A stretch of DNA of 52,169 nucleotides from Candidatus Aenigmatarchaeota archaeon (GTDB taxonomy: Archaea > Aenigmatarchaeota > Aenigmatarchaeia > QMZS01). The stretch spans positions 1 through 52,169 of the forward strand of contig QMZV01000002.1 of assembly GCA_003663355.1 (NCBI GenBank), given 5' to 3'. Below the pieces are notes generated by a model. That model had not been told where the DNA came from. It searched no databases and was given only the letters and a program-made list of their open reading frames with translations. This document shows, piece after piece, positions 18,308 through 27,400 of this stretch (its first letter is position 1; each line of letters opens with the position of its first letter). Both the position numbers and the translations under genes were made by a program.

Positions 18308-19117
18308 TTAAGATTTAGTCAGTTTGTTTAAAATTTTCTTCATTTCCAAACTATCTTGCTCCAAAACAGGACTCTCGGAGATAATTCTTATATCTCTCTT
18401 CTTTGTTCCAAAACCTCTGTTAATCAATTCTTTTGCCAATTCCTTGAAGTCCGGTTGATTAGAGGAAATCGGAATGTGTTTTTTTTCTCCTTTTTCTGTG
18501 AATTCAATTCCAGAAAAGTGGGTGTGCAATTCTTTAAATTTTCTGACTTTGTCAAGAATTTCAGAATAATCAATTTTTCCTCCCTGCCTTGCAAAGATGT
18601 GGGCGAAGTCAATTATTGGAGCGCATCCTTTTACTTCTTTGCAAATTTTCAGAATTTCGTCAAGAGTTCCAAATTGCGATTTTTTTCCGGTTGTTTCAAG
18701 ACCGAGAACAACATCAAACTTGTTTTTATCTATTTCTTTTCTCAATTCTACGCAACTTTTTTTTACAAGTTCATAATTTTGTTCGGCGGATAATTTTCCA
18801 TAAAAACCCGGATGAAAAACGATGTATTTTGCCCCCAAATAATGCCCAATTTCGCATGAATCAAGAATTCTTTTTTCGCTCGCCTTAACTTTTTCCGGAT
18901 TGCACAAGTTTATAAAATAAGATGCGTGTATGGATAATTTAACTCTCAAATCCTTTGCAACCCTGCCAATTTCAACCGCTTCTTCTTTTTTCAGATAAAT
19001 GCCTCTGACAAATTCAAGTTCCATCGCATTCAATCCCAATTTTTTTACATCTTTAATTCCTTGTAGTGTATCTCCTTTTGTAATTGTTGGTATCCCGGCC
19101 GGACCTAAATAGATCAT
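18308..19117 (-). CDS. Endonuclease IV-like TIM-barrel protein (AP endonuclease family 2)
   Basis: LSIHASYFINL, IVFHPGFY, LGLETTGKKSQFG, IIDFAHIFA and HTHFSGIE follow the order of the endonuclease IV metal-binding motifs. Confidence 0.65.
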   Translation of the reverse strand: MIYLGPAGIPTITKGDTLQGIKDVKKLGLNAMELEFVRGIYLKKEEAVEIGRVAKDLRVKLSIHASYFINLCNPEKVKASEKRILDSCEIGHYLGAKYIVFHPGFYGKLSAEQNYELVKKSCVELRKEIDKNKFDVVLGLETTGKKSQFGTLDEILKICKEVKGCAPIIDFAHIFARQGGKIDYSEILDKVRKFKELHTHFSGIEFTEKGEKKHIPISSNQPDFKELAKELINRGFGTKKRDIRIISESPVLEQDSLEMKKILNKLTKS

Positions 19118-19326
19118 TCTAAAACTTTTGGTTCCATAAAAATATTTCTGCTCTTATAATTCAAAGTAAATTCTGGGACTTCTTTTAAATTCTGAAAAGT
19201 ATATCTTTTTGGTGAAATTGAAAGTGATGAATATTTTTGATCAAAACTTGTACTCATAATATTTGATTTTTCATCTTTATTTATAATACAAATCATTCTT
19301 TGAAATATTTCTTCTGAAATCCTCAT
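19114..19326 (-). CDS. Possible small protein (70 aa) translationally coupled to the endonuclease IV-like gene
   Basis: Its stop overlaps the downstream start as ATGA (19117-19114). No motif was recognised. Confidence 0.35.
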   Translation of the reverse strand: MRISEEIFQRMICIINKDEKSNIMSTSFDQKYSSLSISPKRYTFQNLKEVPEFTLNYKSRNIFMEPKVLE

Positions 19327-19525
19327 AAATTTATTATAACAAGGCCTTTTTTATAGAAAGGAAGATTCTAAAAAATCAGAAGGGAATTCTGATTGAAAAA
19401 AGATTCCATTCTTTGTTTTTAAATCATACACACTAAATTTTTATATTGTCATTATAAAGAAAATAAAAAAATTGAAATAAATTTTTAAACATTTTAAGGT
19501 ATTTGTTAAAAAATAAAAACATATT

Positions 19526-20173
19526 ATGATTAAAATTAAATGGAGTAAAAAAATTGTTGATTTTGTAAGGAAGATTAAAGAAGATAGGAGACTTCTCTCA
19601 ATAATTGTTGTTGCAATAATTTTGATTTTTGTTGGAATTGGTTCAATTGCAGGATATTTTGTACTGCCTTCCTCAAGCATAGAAAATGAATTGGCTTTGT
19701 CTCAAGCTGAGTTAAAAACTTGCCAAAAAAATCTTGGAGAATGTAATAATACTACAGCAAGTCTTTCAACTAAAATCTCTGAATTAGAGAAAAACATTTC
19801 AAAATTAACATCAAACTTGAGCAATTGTAAATTGGAAAAAGAAAATTACAAATCTTCTTTAGAGAATTGCACAAAAATGAAAAATAAAATCTCTGATGAA
19901 CTTAAAAGTTGTAAAAAAGATTTGATAACTGCTTTAAACAATTTGGAGGAACAAAAGAAAAAATATAAAAAACTCAATAAAAGTTATGAAGAGATAAAAA
20001 CAAATTTTGCAAAGAACAAATGTTGTCCTCTTCAGAAATTGGTTCCTGATTATAAATATTATGCTGTTAGTGAGAATGATGTTCTTTGCTGTAGAAAAGA
20101 AGATAAAAATTACTTGTGCGGTCCTGATGAAGAAAAAACTTCTGAAGAGGAAGTAAAACAATTAATTTGTTGA
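19526..20173 (+). CDS. N-terminally anchored coiled-coil protein with Cys-rich C-terminus
   Basis: TM helix LLSIIVVAIILIFVGIGSIAGYFVL, followed by heptad-like LxxC repeats (LKTCQKNLGEC, LSNCKLEKE, LENCTKMK, LKSCKKDL), then CCPL...LCCRK...LCG. Confidence 0.6.
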   Translation: MIKIKWSKKIVDFVRKIKEDRRLLSIIVVAIILIFVGIGSIAGYFVLPSSSIENELALSQAELKTCQKNLGECNNTTASLSTKISELEKNISKLTSNLSNCKLEKENYKSSLENCTKMKNKISDELKSCKKDLITALNNLEEQKKKYKKLNKSYEEIKTNFAKNKCCPLQKLVPDYKYYAVSENDVLCCRKEDKNYLCGPDEEKTSEEEVKQLIC

Positions 20174-20212
20174 TTTTTTAAAATTCTTATCAATAAGGGG
20201 TGTAGTTTGTAA

Positions 20213-20231
20213 ATTATTACACTGTTATAAT
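20213..20231 (+). promoter_or_regulatory. 19-bp near-palindromic box ATTATTACACTGTTATAAT
   Basis: Exact consensus copy, ending 38 bp upstream of the 20269 start and preceded by GTTTGTAA. Confidence 0.7.
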
Positions 20232-20268
20232 TTTCATAAAATTATGTTTTTTGTAGAGTTAAAAGATT

Positions 20269-21666
20269 ATGAAAAAATTAATTTTGTTATTTTTTCTAAT
20301 TTTTGTTTTTCCTGCAAATGCAGAAGTAATTCACAATATTTCTTTAGAAGGAGACTGGGCTGTAATAAACTCAACTTTGATTCTAAAATCAGATGAAAAA
20401 ATAGATTACTGGAATTTAAAAATAATGTTGCCAGAAAATGCAGAGATTGTAGAACTAAAAGATGAAATTTCAAAAATAAATTACAATTTTTCAAAATCGG
20501 AATTAGTATTCAGAACAAACAAAAAGAAAGCAAATACAAGAATTGTAAACTTAATTTTCAAAAAGAAAATTGAAGAAAAATACGGACTTAAAATTGCTGA
20601 TTTGGATTTGTTTGGTTTTGAAAATGAGACAACAATAATTGCAGCAAAAAATGTTCATTATTTTTTTGTTCCTATGGCGCAGATAGAATATGGTAAGGAG
20701 ATAAAAGCAAAGAAAAAAGGAGGTTGTAATTTAAGAATAATCTATGGTGGAAAAAAAGAGAGCGAACATTATTTTACAAATTCTAATTTTAATTTAAGTT
20801 TGGTTGAGAGATATTATTTTGTTCCTGAAAGAATTACTGGATTAAAAATTCCTGTAAAGTTTCCGGTTGTTGTTTTACCTGATGAAAAATATAATAAGGA
20901 ATTAGAGAATTTTAGTTCTGGGACTTTTAGTAGAGGGATAATTTTTGTAAGAGAAAATTTGAGTGAAAAGGAAAAAATAGCAACAATTTTGCATGAGACA
21001 ACTCATGGTTTTAATTCTTTTGTTTTAGATTTTGATAAAACAAATATTTCTTGGTTTGATGAAGGGGTTGCATGTTATGTAACTTCTGTTATATTTAGAA
21101 TATTGAATGAAACAAAACCGCAGATTTTTGGAGAAGAAATTAGATGGAGAAATGGAACAACAATATATTCCCTTAAACCAAAATTAAAACCAGAGGATTT
21201 ATTTGAATATTATAAAAAAGGAGATAACTGGATGTTGGATTGGAATCCTAAAAAATATAGAGATGAATATAAAAGAGAATTTGGATATAGTTATTCAGAA
21301 TTGTTTATTAGAGAATATTTGTTTGAAAATGGAAGTTTGCATAAAATCTATAAAAGATTATTAGAGATTAATAAAAGTGTTGAGAATAAAGATGAAAGAA
21401 ACAAAATAATTTTGGATATTTTTGAAAAAGAATTCAAACCTTGCTACTCACTAAATTTAGAGGAAATAAGAAATTGCACAAGAAAATTAAATATGATGAG
21501 TTTTGAAATTCCGGCAACAGAAGGAAAAGAAATTACTTATAAAGTTGAAATTCCCAAAATTCATATTGAAGAAAATAATTCTTTGTTTTCTGATTTTGAA
21601 AATTTCTTTAATAAAATCTGCGAGATTCTTAATTCTTTTATTGAAAAGATTTTGGAATTAGCATGA
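20269..21666 (+). CDS. Secreted putative zinc metallopeptidase (HExxH...E, peptidase MA-like)
   Basis: Signal-like MKKLILLFFLIFVFPANA; ILHETTHGF (HExxH) followed 20 residues later by WFDEGVACY (third-ligand Glu context). Confidence 0.55.
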   Translation: MKKLILLFFLIFVFPANAEVIHNISLEGDWAVINSTLILKSDEKIDYWNLKIMLPENAEIVELKDEISKINYNFSKSELVFRTNKKKANTRIVNLIFKKKIEEKYGLKIADLDLFGFENETTIIAAKNVHYFFVPMAQIEYGKEIKAKKKGGCNLRIIYGGKKESEHYFTNSNFNLSLVERYYFVPERITGLKIPVKFPVVVLPDEKYNKELENFSSGTFSRGIIFVRENLSEKEKIATILHETTHGFNSFVLDFDKTNISWFDEGVACYVTSVIFRILNETKPQIFGEEIRWRNGTTIYSLKPKLKPEDLFEYYKKGDNWMLDWNPKKYRDEYKREFGYSYSELFIREYLFENGSLHKIYKRLLEINKSVENKDERNKIILDIFEKEFKPCYSLNLEEIRNCTRKLNMMSFEIPATEGKEITYKVEIPKIHIEENNSLFSDFENFFNKICEILNSFIEKILELA

Positions 21667-22286
21667 AAAAAATACCGATTCATTTGTTGAATTCGCAAAC
21701 TTATTGTGAGTATCAAATATATTTGGAATATGTAAAAGGTATAAAGGTTAAACCGACTTTAGAAATGAATAAAGGCAGAGAAATACATAATGCTTTGGAG
21801 AAAGAACATAAAAAGAAAGCAAAGTTCAAGTTAAGTGTAATGGATGCAATTAAAAAATCTCAAAAGGAAAAAATAACTCTCGTTGGTAGAGAAATTCCTG
21901 TTACTGGCAATTATTTGTATGGATTTATTGATGAGATACATCTCATGCCTGATCAGATTGTAATAATTGATGACAAACCAAACAGTTATCCATTCTTCGC
22001 AAATAAAAAACAAGTTTTTGGTTATTGCTTGGCATTTGAAGAACAATTTAAAACAAATTTTCCATTGATTGCTTGCATCAGGAATAGAGATAGTAAAAAG
22101 ATTGTCTGGAAAGAAACTTTTTCTGAGAATCATAAGGATATTGTTTTTGAATCTGTAAAAAGAATTTTGAGAATCATAAATCAGAATAAAAAGGCTGAAC
22201 CAACAAATAAAATCAACAAGTGTAAAAGTTGCAGGTTTAGAAATGTTTGTGATATCTACAAAATTAGATTTTCTAAGAGAGATTAA
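21663..22286 (+). CDS. Stand-alone Cas4-family PD-(D/E)xK nuclease with 4-Cys cluster
   Basis: N-terminal YCEYQIYLEY Cys; nuclease core IDEIHLMPDQIVIIDDKPN; QVFGY (QxxxY); C-terminal CKSCRFRNVC (Cx2Cx5C). Its start overlaps the upstream stop (ATGA at 21663-21666). Confidence 0.7.
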   Translation: MKKIPIHLLNSQTYCEYQIYLEYVKGIKVKPTLEMNKGREIHNALEKEHKKKAKFKLSVMDAIKKSQKEKITLVGREIPVTGNYLYGFIDEIHLMPDQIVIIDDKPNSYPFFANKKQVFGYCLAFEEQFKTNFPLIACIRNRDSKKIVWKETFSENHKDIVFESVKRILRIINQNKKAEPTNKINKCKSCRFRNVCDIYKIRFSKRD

Positions 22287-22789
22287 TTTTTAATCAAACA
22301 ACAAACCATTTTCACAATTTGTTCAACATTGAATTTCTCTGTATCAATAATCAAATCATAATTTTCAAGTTTGTATATGTCTACAGAGTAAAGTCTCTTG
22401 TATCTTTCTCTTTCTTCTTTTTCTCTTTCTCTTATTTTCTTTTCAACATCTTTTAAATTCAAATTGTCTCTTTTTGCAACTCTTTTCACTCTAACTTTCA
22501 AAGGAGCCTTCAGCCAGATTTTTAACTCCGGATTTGCAAAATAAAAACCCATCCTTGAATCTAATACGCAATTCTGTTCTATTTGTTTTTGTTTTTCATC
22601 TATTTCTTTATCAATTTCTAAATTTTTCTCTGCATATTTTAAAAATTCTGTTAATTCCATCTTCTTTTCTTTTGCTAATTTCTTGAAAATTTCTCCTGCC
22701 GAGATATATTTATAATTTAATTTTTTTGCTAATTCTTTTCCAATTACTGATTTTCCTGCCCCTATCTGGCCAGAGATTGTGATTATCAT
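22283..22789 (-). CDS. cmk: Cytidylate kinase, archaeal type
   Basis: MIITISGQIGAGKSVIGKELAKKLNYKYISAGEIFKKLAKE P-loop, then KIWLKAPLKVRVKRVAKRD, typical of archaeal CMP kinases. Confidence 0.85.
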   Translation of the reverse strand: MIITISGQIGAGKSVIGKELAKKLNYKYISAGEIFKKLAKEKKMELTEFLKYAEKNLEIDKEIDEKQKQIEQNCVLDSRMGFYFANPELKIWLKAPLKVRVKRVAKRDNLNLKDVEKKIREREKEERERYKRLYSVDIYKLENYDLIIDTEKFNVEQIVKMVCCLIKN

Positions 22790-23004
22790 AATTATAGGTT
22801 AGAGTAATTATACTTAGCACTTCATAAGATACATTTCTATCATTAGCATTTAAAGAATATCTCAGTGATCTCGGTGGATGGAAGATATTTGATAAAATAA
22901 TGGAAAAAGCAATTGTAGTGAGATTTGGGGGAGAATAACTTTGATTTAATTTTTTGTTATTTTAAGTAACAAAAAGTATTTAAAGTTTTTTGTGGAGTTT
23001 ATTT

Positions 23005-23268
23005 ATGGATAAAATAGGTACAATTTGTTTTACTACAACTATAGGGGCTATGATAGCGGAATTTCTACAAGGACGTCCAGAGGTGGCTTTGTCTATTCCT
23101 CTCGCTGCTGCACCAATATATATGATGGGTGGTGAAATTGCTGCATATCTCAAAAGCAGGAGAGAAATAAAAAAATTAGATCCCTATGAAGCAGAATTAA
23201 TTGGACATTGTGAAGTAGGAATAGATCATAAAGGGAGACCAACCTATAGGTATAGGTATTGGGAATAA
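23005..23268 (+). CDS. Hypothetical small protein with one or two hydrophobic segments
   Basis: ATG at 23005 (MDKIGTICFTTTIGAMIAEF...). No motif recognised. Confidence 0.4.
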   Translation: MDKIGTICFTTTIGAMIAEFLQGRPEVALSIPLAAAPIYMMGGEIAAYLKSRREIKKLDPYEAELIGHCEVGIDHKGRPTYRYRYWE

Positions 23269-23304
23269 AATTTTACTGATAAATTGATTATTTAAATTTT
23301 CAGT

Positions 23305-23535
23305 ATGGCAGAAGATGTTGTAAAATTGATAATGAATAGAGAAAACATTAGAAATATTGGTATAGTCGCTCTATCAATCATAGAAAAACGACTATGACAG
23401 ACAGGTTCTTTGCAGGGGGCAGGAATGCTTTCTGAAGAGTTGGCAGGAAAATCTTTAGAAGTCTGGAAGAAAAAAGAAATATTGAAAAAGGCAAGGGTAA
23501 AACCTCTTTCTTTATTTGACTCTTTAAAAAATTAA
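23305..23535 (+). pseudogene. Frameshifted N-terminal fragment of elongation factor 2 (aEF-2)
   Basis: Own translation MAEDVVKLIMNRENIRNIGIVALSIIEKRL*. A different reading frame then gives ...GAGMLSEELAGKSLEVW... The pattern IRNIGI(A)AHIDHGKTT..D.LLAGAGMISEELAG of aEF-2 is recognisable, but the G1 motif is destroyed and only about 75 codons are present. Confidence 0.55.
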
Positions 23536-25538
23536 ACCTTTTTCAAATACCCGCTCTTTGGTTCATAAAGCAAGCCTTCCCTTTTCAATTTTTCAATTAG
23601 TTCCCTCCAATCTGAAATTCCCTCTTCCTCTGCCTGAGCTCCGACATCCTCTACTGACACCTCTTTCATTTCTTTTTCTAATTTATCAACAATATCCAAT
23701 AAAACTCTGATTTTTGATCTCTGCGTTCCTGCAACAGAAGTTTCCATTCTGTCTATATCCAATTTATCTGTTTCAACATCAAAACCTAATTGTTTAAGAC
23801 TTGTCCGCATAAGTCTTATTGCTCTCTTAGCATCCTGTTTTATTGTTGTATCTCTTAAATTTATTTTTGCAGAGGCTTGAGCTAATCTTATTAATGCCTC
23901 AAATTGCCTGAATGTTATTGGCACAATCCTGTCCTCTTCTGAATACTTGCTTCTCGTTTCTATAAAAAATTTCTTAAATTCTTCCAAGGTTTCATCGCTC
24001 AATTTTACTTGTTTTATGTTTTGTTTTGAATAAGCAATGTATTTTCTCAATAATGAATGTTTTATCTCTGGCTCTGTTGTTTTTAAATCTTTTCTTGACA
24101 ACAGAACATGGTCAACAAGTTTTCTGTCCTCTTCTATATTCGGAACATCTCTTAAAGCAAATTTTAAATCAAATCTTGATAATAATGTTGGTGGTATATT
24201 TATCTGGTCTGCAATTGGTGTATAAATATCAAATCTACCGAGTTTTGGATTTGCTCCTGCTAAAACAGAAGTTTGAGCTGGGAGAGTAGCGACAATGCTT
24301 GCCTTTGCTATTGAAACTGAACCCTGTTCAAGTGCTTCGTGCATAGCTACCTGATCTTCTTTATTCATTTTTTCAAATTCATCTATAGCAAGCAATCCTT
24401 TGTTGCAAAGAACAAGAGCTCCGGCTTCCAGAACCCAACCTCCTGTGAACTCGTCCTTTCTAACTGTTGAGATTAACCCTGCTCCAGTTATCCCCTTTCC
24501 GGAAACATATTTTGAACGAGGGATTAATTTTGAAACCAATTTAAGTAATTGTGATTTTGCTGTGGCAGGGTCCCCTACAAGAAGAATATGTATATCTCCT
24601 CTTATCCTGGTTCCATCTGGCATCTCTGCAGGAGTTCCTCCAAAAAGTTGCAATAATATTGCTTCTTTCACTTCTCTGTTTCCATAAATTGATGGTGCAA
24701 GAGAATTCACAAGTTTTTCATAAATGTCCGGTCTTTTTGCTAATTCTAAAATTTCTTTTTCATCTTCCTTGCTGATTTCTATTTCCTCTAATTCTTTTTC
24801 AGCAAGCTCAATGTAATTTGCCTCAATATAAATGTCTGATTGCGTTGCTTCTCTTCCTCTAATGTTTCTTGGAAGTTCTTTTAATATTCCATTAACAAGA
24901 ATTCTGCTTCCTGGGTCTGTTTTTCTTTGCATTTCTGGAGTTGTTAGTTCTTTTTTTAAAAAAACCTTTACCTCCCCCGGTTTTTCACCTGATGTAATTT
25001 CAAATGGCTCTTGTAGAACAATCCATCTTGAATCATACATTTTTTTTTCAAGGAATTTAAAACCACCTCTTTTTTTACAGAGTGGGCAGACAAAAGGTTT
25101 TATAATTGTTGGGCCTCTTTGTTCTAAAGAAAATTTTTCTCCACATTCTTGGCATTCATATACTGTCTCGTAAATTCTTGGTTTTATCTCAGAGGCAATC
25201 TTCACAATCCCTTCCACATTTATAAACTTGTTAATATGTTCTACTCTTAAATTTCTGATTCTTATACTCTGCGTTTTTGGCAAATTCTTAAACTCTATTT
25301 CTACTTTATTTTCCAAATCAAAATCCTGAATTTTTTCCCTAAAAAAAGCTAGAGTTTCTTCTGGATTCTCCAACAAGTATTCCGCTAAGTCTGGATTAAA
25401 CTTGTCCAAATCAAAATAATCCAAAATTAAAGGTTTTTCATTTGTAGAAGCAAAAACTAACTCTTCTTCTTTTGTCTTTAGAAAGTCATAAACTTGTTCT
25501 TTCAGATTTTGTTGATTGCTCATTATAAAACTTCTCAT
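23532..25538 (-). CDS. mcm: MCM replicative helicase
   Basis: Zn finger CQECGEKF...CPLCKKRG, Walker A ILLVGDPATAKSQLLK, Walker B LLAIDEFEKM, arginine finger SRFDL, C-terminal wHTH. An alternative ATG at 25523 is equally possible. Confidence 0.95.
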   Translation of the reverse strand: MRSFIMSNQQNLKEQVYDFLKTKEEELVFASTNEKPLILDYFDLDKFNPDLAEYLLENPEETLAFFREKIQDFDLENKVEIEFKNLPKTQSIRIRNLRVEHINKFINVEGIVKIASEIKPRIYETVYECQECGEKFSLEQRGPTIIKPFVCPLCKKRGGFKFLEKKMYDSRWIVLQEPFEITSGEKPGEVKVFLKKELTTPEMQRKTDPGSRILVNGILKELPRNIRGREATQSDIYIEANYIELAEKELEEIEISKEDEKEILELAKRPDIYEKLVNSLAPSIYGNREVKEAILLQLFGGTPAEMPDGTRIRGDIHILLVGDPATAKSQLLKLVSKLIPRSKYVSGKGITGAGLISTVRKDEFTGGWVLEAGALVLCNKGLLAIDEFEKMNKEDQVAMHEALEQGSVSIAKASIVATLPAQTSVLAGANPKLGRFDIYTPIADQINIPPTLLSRFDLKFALRDVPNIEEDRKLVDHVLLSRKDLKTTEPEIKHSLLRKYIAYSKQNIKQVKLSDETLEEFKKFFIETRSKYSEEDRIVPITFRQFEALIRLAQASAKINLRDTTIKQDAKRAIRLMRTSLKQLGFDVETDKLDIDRMETSVAGTQRSKIRVLLDIVDKLEKEMKEVSVEDVGAQAEEEGISDWRELIEKLKREGLLYEPKSGYLKKV

Positions 25539-25558
25539 TAAATTTAGATAAGGGTTTT

Positions 25559-25577
25559 GTTATTACGGTGTTATATG
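25559..25577 (+). promoter_or_regulatory. Near-palindromic box variant GTTATTACGGTGTTATATG
   Basis: Lies 21-39 bp upstream of the mcm ATG at 25538 and is fused on its left to GGGTTTTGT (25552-25560). Confidence 0.6.
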
Positions 25578-25606
25578 CTTTATTTAATTCCTCTAATGTA
25601 CAATTT

Positions 25607-26158
25607 TTACTCGCAATCTTCGCAAACCCACAATCCTTTTGAAAATCTTAAATTATTTGTGAATTTTCCGCAAACTTCGCAAACCCCTTTAACTCTTTTT
25701 GAACTTTTTGCCCCTCCTCCTGGATGGACTCTTAACCATTCTATTTTGTCAAGCAAGAAACTTGGAAGGACTCTCAAAATATCTTTCATTGTTACAATTC
25801 CAACAACTTCTTTTTTTTCTAAATTAACAACAGGCAACCTTGTTATATTATTCATTAACATTTTATCAGAAATATGCATTATTTCATCATCAGGAGAAAC
25901 AAATATTACAGGATTTGCCATTATCTCTTTTACTTTTGTTTTTGGAGATTTGTTTTTTGCAACTGCTTTCCTTACAATATCCATTTCTGTAACGATTCCG
26001 ACTAATTTCCCATCTTCAACAACAAGGACATTTCCTACTCTGTATTCTTTCATTTTCTTTGCAGCCTGTTGAAGAGTTGTGTTTGGTGTCACTTTTGCTA
26101 AATCTGTTGTCATCACATCTCTTACCTTCAATCTCTTTCTAAAAAATGGAACTTTCAT
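25607..26158 (-). CDS. CBS-pair domain protein with C-terminal Zn-ribbon
   Basis: Two CBS repeats (VRDVMTTDLAKVTP..., IKEIMANPVIFVSP...) and a terminal CEVCGK...CEDCE. Confidence 0.8.
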   Translation of the reverse strand: MKVPFFRKRLKVRDVMTTDLAKVTPNTTLQQAAKKMKEYRVGNVLVVEDGKLVGIVTEMDIVRKAVAKNKSPKTKVKEIMANPVIFVSPDDEIMHISDKMLMNNITRLPVVNLEKKEVVGIVTMKDILRVLPSFLLDKIEWLRVHPGGGAKSSKRVKGVCEVCGKFTNNLRFSKGLWVCEDCE

Positions 26159-26338
26159 AAGATTATAAAGAAATTATTTATAATAGATTGGTTTAACAAA
26201 GCAATTGCCGAAGGCGAGTTGTTTGTTTGGTGTTAAATTCTTAGAAGGCCTGAATTTCAATGCAACATTCCATGGAAAATAAAAAGTTTTTGTTGGCGAG
26301 CAAGCATGAAATTATAAATTTATCATATTACTGAACTT

Positions 26339-26797
26339 ATGGGAAACAAAAATGAATTTGAAATATATGCAAAACAACTTGATATAGAAATTGGCAAATT
26401 ACCAACATTAAAAGAATGGGTAGACTATTGTGAAAGATGGCCACGACCTTCTGGTGAAGATGATCCAAAATATTTTCGCGGTTTTGTTATGACACTGAAG
26501 AAGATTCTTGAAATTTTGGGTGCTGGAGAGATAGAAGAATATCGCTGGCATGAACATATTTTTCCTGTAAGATTTAAACCAGTTTATAGTCCTTACTTTA
26601 GGTTAGGTAAATTTGGAATTTTAAATAACGTACCAGTTACCAAAAATTTGGAAGGTATTATAGCTATTGGTTTTGACGAAGATTTGGATTATCCAGATGA
26701 ACACAAACCAGAACTTGTTGTGTTTTACGAAAACGAAGATAATGACTTCTACACATATATTGATTTATATAAGCCAGAAATTGGAGAGATGCTGTAA
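26339..26797 (+). CDS. Hypothetical protein (152 aa)
   Basis: Well-composed ORF with no recognisable motif. Confidence 0.5.
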   Translation: MGNKNEFEIYAKQLDIEIGKLPTLKEWVDYCERWPRPSGEDDPKYFRGFVMTLKKILEILGAGEIEEYRWHEHIFPVRFKPVYSPYFRLGKFGILNNVPVTKNLEGIIAIGFDEDLDYPDEHKPELVVFYENEDNDFYTYIDLYKPEIGEML

Positions 26798-26976
26798 ATG
26801 AATTCTTTGAAGTTGAGCGAGCCCACCAATTGCAATTAACGGATTTCTGATAAAAGAAGTTGAAGGCTTTTCGGAGAAATGAAATGGAAGATAGTTAAAA
26901 TCATCATCTCCCCGTTAGATATAAGTTACTGCCAAATTAAATTGGTAATATTATTTATATTGAAAAAGAAGGAAAT

Positions 26977-27270
26977 ATGGAAGTGCAAAAAACTAAGGAG
27001 GGGATTAGGTTTAAGGTGAAAGTGCAGCCTAAATCTTCAAGGAATGAATTTGCTGGTTTGTACCACGATGCATTAAAGATAAAACTAACCGCTCAGCCAT
27101 TGGAGGGAAAAGCAAATAAAGCCTTGATAGATTTCTTAGCTGATTGGTTTGGAGTAAAAAAATCTCAGGTAGAAATCGTCAGTGGACAGCTAAGCAATAT
27201 CAAAATTATTAAAGTGATAGGAGATGGTAGTAATTTAATGAAGAGGATAAGAGAATTGACCTCTTCTTAA
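26977..27270 (+). CDS. DUF167 / YggU-family protein (UPF0235)
   Basis: VKVQPKSSRNEF......LKIKLTAQPLEGKANKALIDFLADWFGVKKSQVEIVSGQLSNIKIIKV matches the DUF167 signature. Confidence 0.75.
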   Translation: MEVQKTKEGIRFKVKVQPKSSRNEFAGLYHDALKIKLTAQPLEGKANKALIDFLADWFGVKKSQVEIVSGQLSNIKIIKVIGDGSNLMKRIRELTSS

Positions 27271-27400
27271 TTTTTGCCTTTTGTAAATCTTTACAACTAT
27301 AATCAAACAGCTCAAATAAGATTCATTAGTTCACTTCTACTCAATTATTATAATCTACCTAGATTCAAAGAATTAGTTTTCTTTGTTTCTTCAACAAAAA

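Noticed and set aside
19374-19394. Perfect 8-bp hairpin AATCAGAA-gggaa-TTCTGATT flanked by A/T runs, considered as a terminator
   Set aside because: It lies in a divergent intergenic region (genes leave it on both sides), so no transcript is expected to end there. It could be a regulatory dyad, but there is no second copy or other support.
24026-26072. Multiple antisense ORFs inside mcm and the CBS gene (for example 24026..24289, 24400..24687, 24832..25173, 25557..26072)
   Set aside because: All lie opposite genes with unmistakable conserved motifs. Their compositions are Leu/Ser/Phe-rich, typical of shadow frames. The same reasoning applies to other nested track ORFs such as 1085..1300, 1371..1571, 3547..3744, 3994..4320, 6720..7130, 13781..14047, 18356..18793, 28383..28619, 39042..39245, 48050..48295 and 50104..50595.
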